From assembly GCA_965228195.1 (NCBI GenBank), contig OZ245797.1, forward strand, positions 158,718-222,717: DNA of 64,000 bases, given 5' to 3'. Positions within the stretch are counted from its first letter, which is position 1, and every line of letters begins with the position of its first letter. The DNA comes from Candidatus Cloacimonadales bacterium (GTDB lineage: Bacteria > Cloacimonadota > Cloacimonadia > G963667145). The notes beneath the pieces were generated by a model that had not been told where the DNA came from, searched no databases, and saw only the letters and a program-made list of their open reading frames with translations. The position numbers and the translations under genes are program-made. This document shows positions 61,315 through 64,000 of this stretch, piece by piece.

Positions 61315-62285
61315 TTATTTACCTCGTCAATTTAAAAAAGTCATAACAATAAACAAATTACAGCTTTGCAAAAAAAAATCTTGCTGCAAATTTGAGTTTT
61401 AGCAAAAATGTGACTTTTTGGCAAGCTAAAAACATCAACTTGTGTGTCGGAGCTTGCAAATTTGCTGTTTGTGTGGAGTGCAATCACAACTATTTACTAA
61501 CATCATTGTCTATAATTTTCATTATAGTATCCAAGAAAACTTATCCAAATTTTCCCGTCAACCAAAATAGTCAAGGCTTTGTCGCTTCCGGCGGGTTACT
61601 TATGTCACCTTTCTTTTTTTTTGAAAAAAATAAATGTGACCGAAAGAAAAAATCAAATCAAAAGACAAAATCCTAACTTGCAAAACTCGTTCGTTGTGGC
61701 TGTAGTGCATCATTTAGATTCTTTCGGAGCATAGCTAAAGACAGAGAAATAAACTCCTCACACATCCACAACTTCAGTCGTTTAAGCAAGTTCGACGGAT
61801 TTAGTCTTGATTGATTACTAGCCCGTCCCGCCTAGCTGGGTAGGATAGGTGCTTGCTTATTTGCTTAGAGTGTGGGAACAACCTCCGCTTAAAGGGGTCT
61901 TCTTATTTTAGTTACATTGATAAGCCAGCGACAAAAATCGCTTTCTCAGTAAAGATGCAAAACCAAAAGCAGAAAATGACAAGACTACGGGTAATAAACG
62001 GGAACAACCACACTTTTTTACTCTGCTGGTGACACGCCCCGTCGCTGGCGCTCTGAAGCGGAGTTGTCTTTTCTGTTACTCTTTTTGGCAATCCGAAAAG
62101 AGTAAGCCCTCCGCAGGAGAAAGCAAATATTACTGCTTTAATGAGACTAAGACGATGGTGTCTCCGACACCTTATCTTTCTCCCCTAATTCCTAGCGAAA
62201 GCAGGAATCCATCAGTAAGACGATGCCCAAAAAAGTGCGGGGTTGCGGTGGATTTTTTCATTTTTCACTCTTAATTTTTTCTTTT

Positions 62286-62335
62286 ATGACCACTAAAATG
62301 AAGTTATAAATTTGAGGCTATATTTTAGTGGTCAT
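62286..62335. repeat. hairpin H9 (type B)
   Basis: 'atgaccactaaaat' / 'attttagtggtcat'; loop 'gaagttataaatttgaggctat'. Followed by module S. Confidence 0.85.
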
Positions 62336-62990
62336 ATTTGGGGTGGCACTCTCCGCTTCATCGGGGTCACTTTTTTTCCTATCTTAGTAGAGCAGAGACA
62401 CTTGGCACTCTCTTAAGGTGTTGAAAACGAAAGACCAAAGTGATTAGCCAGTCAGGAACAAATCTCGGAGATGCTCCCCGCCACGGTAATCTTTAAGACA
62501 TCTCACGCCCTGTCTCTAGCGAATTGAAGCGAAAGCGACAAAGCTGTGGGGACAATCTCCGCTTAAAGGGAAATTAGCCCCTTTTCGTTACTTTGTTAAG
62601 CCAGTGACAAAAACCACTTTCTAAGTAGAAGTGTAAAAGTTACGTTTAGAGAATGACAAGTCTACGGATAATAAGCGGGAACAACCACACTTTTTTACTC
62701 TGCTGGTGACACGCCCCGTCTCTAGCGAATTGAAGCGGAGCGCGTTTTCTTTTCTCTCCCCTCTCTTTTCGTTGAGCGATCAAAGAAAAGAGAGGGTCTT
62801 GCTGAAAGCAATAAGAGTAAGCCCTCCGCAGGAGAAAGCAATAATAATTTACTTAGCAAAATAAGGAAAGGAGCGGGTGCTTACCTGCCTGCAGAAAAAA
62901 ATGCAAGGTTAGAAAGAGAAAAACATAATCACTCAGTGGGAAAAAAATTGAATGAAATTTTTTCATTTTTCATTCCCAATCTTTTATTTT

Positions 62991-63040
62991 ATTACCACTA
63001 AAATGAAGCTATAAATTCGAGACTATATTTTAGTGGTCAT
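62991..63040. repeat. hairpin H10 (type B, one stem mismatch)
   Basis: 'attaccactaaaat' / 'attttagtggtcat'; loop 'gaagctataaattcgagactat'. Confidence 0.8.
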
Positions 63041-63150
63041 ACCTGCCCTCCGCGAGGAGAAAAAGACATCCCACCCCCTTGCAAGCAGAAAACAAAAAAA
63101 AAGATTGACTCAAAATCTATCTTCCAGAGTTTACTCCTAAATTAAGATGT

Positions 63151-63227
63151 GCGCCCGTGGCTCAATTGGATAGAGCACCTGACTACGGATCAGGAGGTTT
63201 GGGGTTCGAATCCCTACGGGCGTGCCA
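63151..63227 (+). tRNA. tRNA-Arg (anticodon ACG)
   Basis: 'gcgcccgtggctcaattggatagagcacctgaCTACGGAtcagg...ggttcgaatccc...cgggcgtgcca': a cloverleaf with anticodon ACG, encoded CCA and a G1:U72 wobble. Confidence 0.85.
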
Positions 63228-63247
63228 TTTTTTTTGTTTGGGAGTAA

Positions 63248-63628
63248 TTGATGATTTTTGGTGTTGGAGTTGATATTCTCAAGGTGGCTCGCCTAGAAGA
63301 GTCGATCAACAAACTGGGCGAAAAGTTTTTAGAAAAAATCTTCACTCCTGCGGAAATCTGTTATTGCCAAAGCAAGTCCTGCCCTGCTATCCATTTCGCC
63401 GCTCGCTTCGCTGCCAAAGAGGCTTTGAGCAAAGCTATCAAAACTGGTTTTGCCCAAGGCGTTTGTCCACAACAGATAGAGGTTACCAAAAACGATCTCG
63501 GATCTGTTTGCTTGCAGTTGCACGGCCAAACGAAAGAGGTTTGTGAGCGCCTGCAGATCAAGCGTCTACACCTGAGCCTCTCACACGAAAAAGATTTTGC
63601 TATTGCCCAGGTGACTGCCGAAATTTGA
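63248..63628 (+). CDS. acpS: holo-[acyl-carrier-protein] synthase
   Basis: 'IFGVGVDILKVARL' (Mg-binding Asp), 'FAAKEALSKA', 'LSLSHEKDFAIAQV'; 126 aa. Confidence 0.85.
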   Translation: MMIFGVGVDILKVARLEESINKLGEKFLEKIFTPAEICYCQSKSCPAIHFAARFAAKEALSKAIKTGFAQGVCPQQIEVTKNDLGSVCLQLHGQTKEVCERLQIKRLHLSLSHEKDFAIAQVTAEI

Positions 63629-63652
63629 TGCGACAACACAATAGATATTAAT

Positions 63653-63743
63653 GGAGATGTGTCCGAGTGGTTGAAGGAGCACGCTTGGAAAGCGTGTATA
63701 CGCTAACTGCGTATCTAGGGTTCGAATCCCTACATCTCCGCCA
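63653..63743 (+). tRNA. tRNA-Ser (anticodon GGA)
   Basis: 'ggagatgtgtccgagtggttgaaggagcacgcTTGGAAAgcgtg' plus a long variable arm, T-arm 'agggttcgaatccct', and acceptor end 'catctccgcca'. Confidence 0.85.
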
Positions 63744-63770
63744 TTTTCACCTCTACTGCCAGCACCCCAG

Positions 63771-63998
63771 CTAAGCTAACCACTGAATCAACTCAGCCTT
63801 GTCTGGAACTCTACCCACACATTTGACCTGATCGTCGATAACCACCGCCGGCATCGACATCACTCCATAACTCATCACCTTGGCGATATCGGTGATTTTT
63901 TCCACGCTCGCCTTGAAGCCACCATCTTGTATCACCTTGGCGATGTTTTGTTTTAACTCTGAACAAGTGGTGCATTTCTCAGCACCCAAAACCAACAC
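63771..63998 (-). CDS. small thioredoxin-fold protein (redox-active disulfide protein 2-like)
   Basis: 75-aa ORF with N-terminal 'KCTTCSELK' (CxxC) in a thioredoxin-like beta-alpha-beta layout. Confidence 0.55.
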   Translation of the reverse strand: MLVLGAEKCTTCSELKQNIAKVIQDGGFKASVEKITDIAKVMSYGVMSMPAVVIDDQVKCVGRVPDKAELIQWLA

Positions 63999-64000
63999 TT

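Larger units (their letters stand above)
61560..63060. repeat. repeat block R7, including direct repeat DR2 (61604-62226), right boundary of the island, then P-H9-S-Q-T4-...-H10, ending about 90 bp before tRNA-Arg
   Basis: DR2 is near-identical to DR1. Downstream 62226-63045 repeats the P - AT-rich - hairpin - S - palindrome architecture twice, with divergent copies. Confidence 0.9.

Overview
This 64-kb window reads as the chromosome of a diderm (LPS/outer-membrane) bacterium that uses Shine-Dalgarno sites; almost every gene is on the minus strand. The core gene order is conventional.

Core blocks, in coordinate order:
- 0.2-3.0 kb: a SpoVG-like gene, a Nif3-family gene and moeA.
- 3.1-6.0 kb: a divergent truncated modE-like regulator followed by the molybdate transporter modABC.
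- 6.0-15.7 kb: an M48 peptidase, gatB, a predicted outer-membrane beta-barrel, secD/secF, and a stand-alone atpD-atpC pair downstream of yebC.
- 17.7-38.3 kb: a 748-aa secreted GLUG-like repeat protein, a hemW-like radical SAM gene, crcB, trpS, a PBP4-type carboxypeptidase, lpxK, rluD, trkA plus a frameshifted trkH, adk, a GT2 glycosyltransferase paired with a CdsA/dolichol-kinase-like membrane protein, secA, an MFS transporter, a radical SAM gene, gatC and a RodZ-like gene.
- 39.7-50.0 kb: cysK-iscU-iscS-Rrf2 (a regulator-iscS-iscU-cysK gene row on the minus strand), pstSCAB-phoU and tig-clpP-clpX.
- Five tRNAs: Met/CAT, Leu/TAG, Arg/ACG, Ser/GGA (plus the acpS neighbourhood at the right end).

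Two things stand out.
1. A dense family of non-coding repeats occupies at least seven intergenic loci and roughly 7 kb of the window.
   - Each locus is a mosaic of a few conserved sequence modules in variable order and orientation.
   - Modules are punctuated by ten copies of a 50-nt hairpin (perfect 13-14 bp stem, 22-nt loop with a shared 'gctaatca/tgattagc' core).
   - Four copies of a 38-bp palindrome, fully perfect only in the first, also recur.
   - One block carries a nested GIY-YIG nuclease gene.
2. An A+T-rich defense island at 51.2-61.6 kb is bracketed by two near-identical ~625-bp direct copies of one repeat module.
   - It carries a stand-alone UG/Abi-type reverse transcriptase (514 aa) with a structured 3' flank.
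   - It also carries a DUF1016/YhcG-like PD-(D/E)xK nuclease and a complete Type I restriction-modification operon (hsdM-hsdS-hsdR).

I could not match the repeat family to any named element family from sequence alone. It is the most likely seat of something undescribed: a mobile element, a structured RNA, or a recombination scaffold that captured the island.
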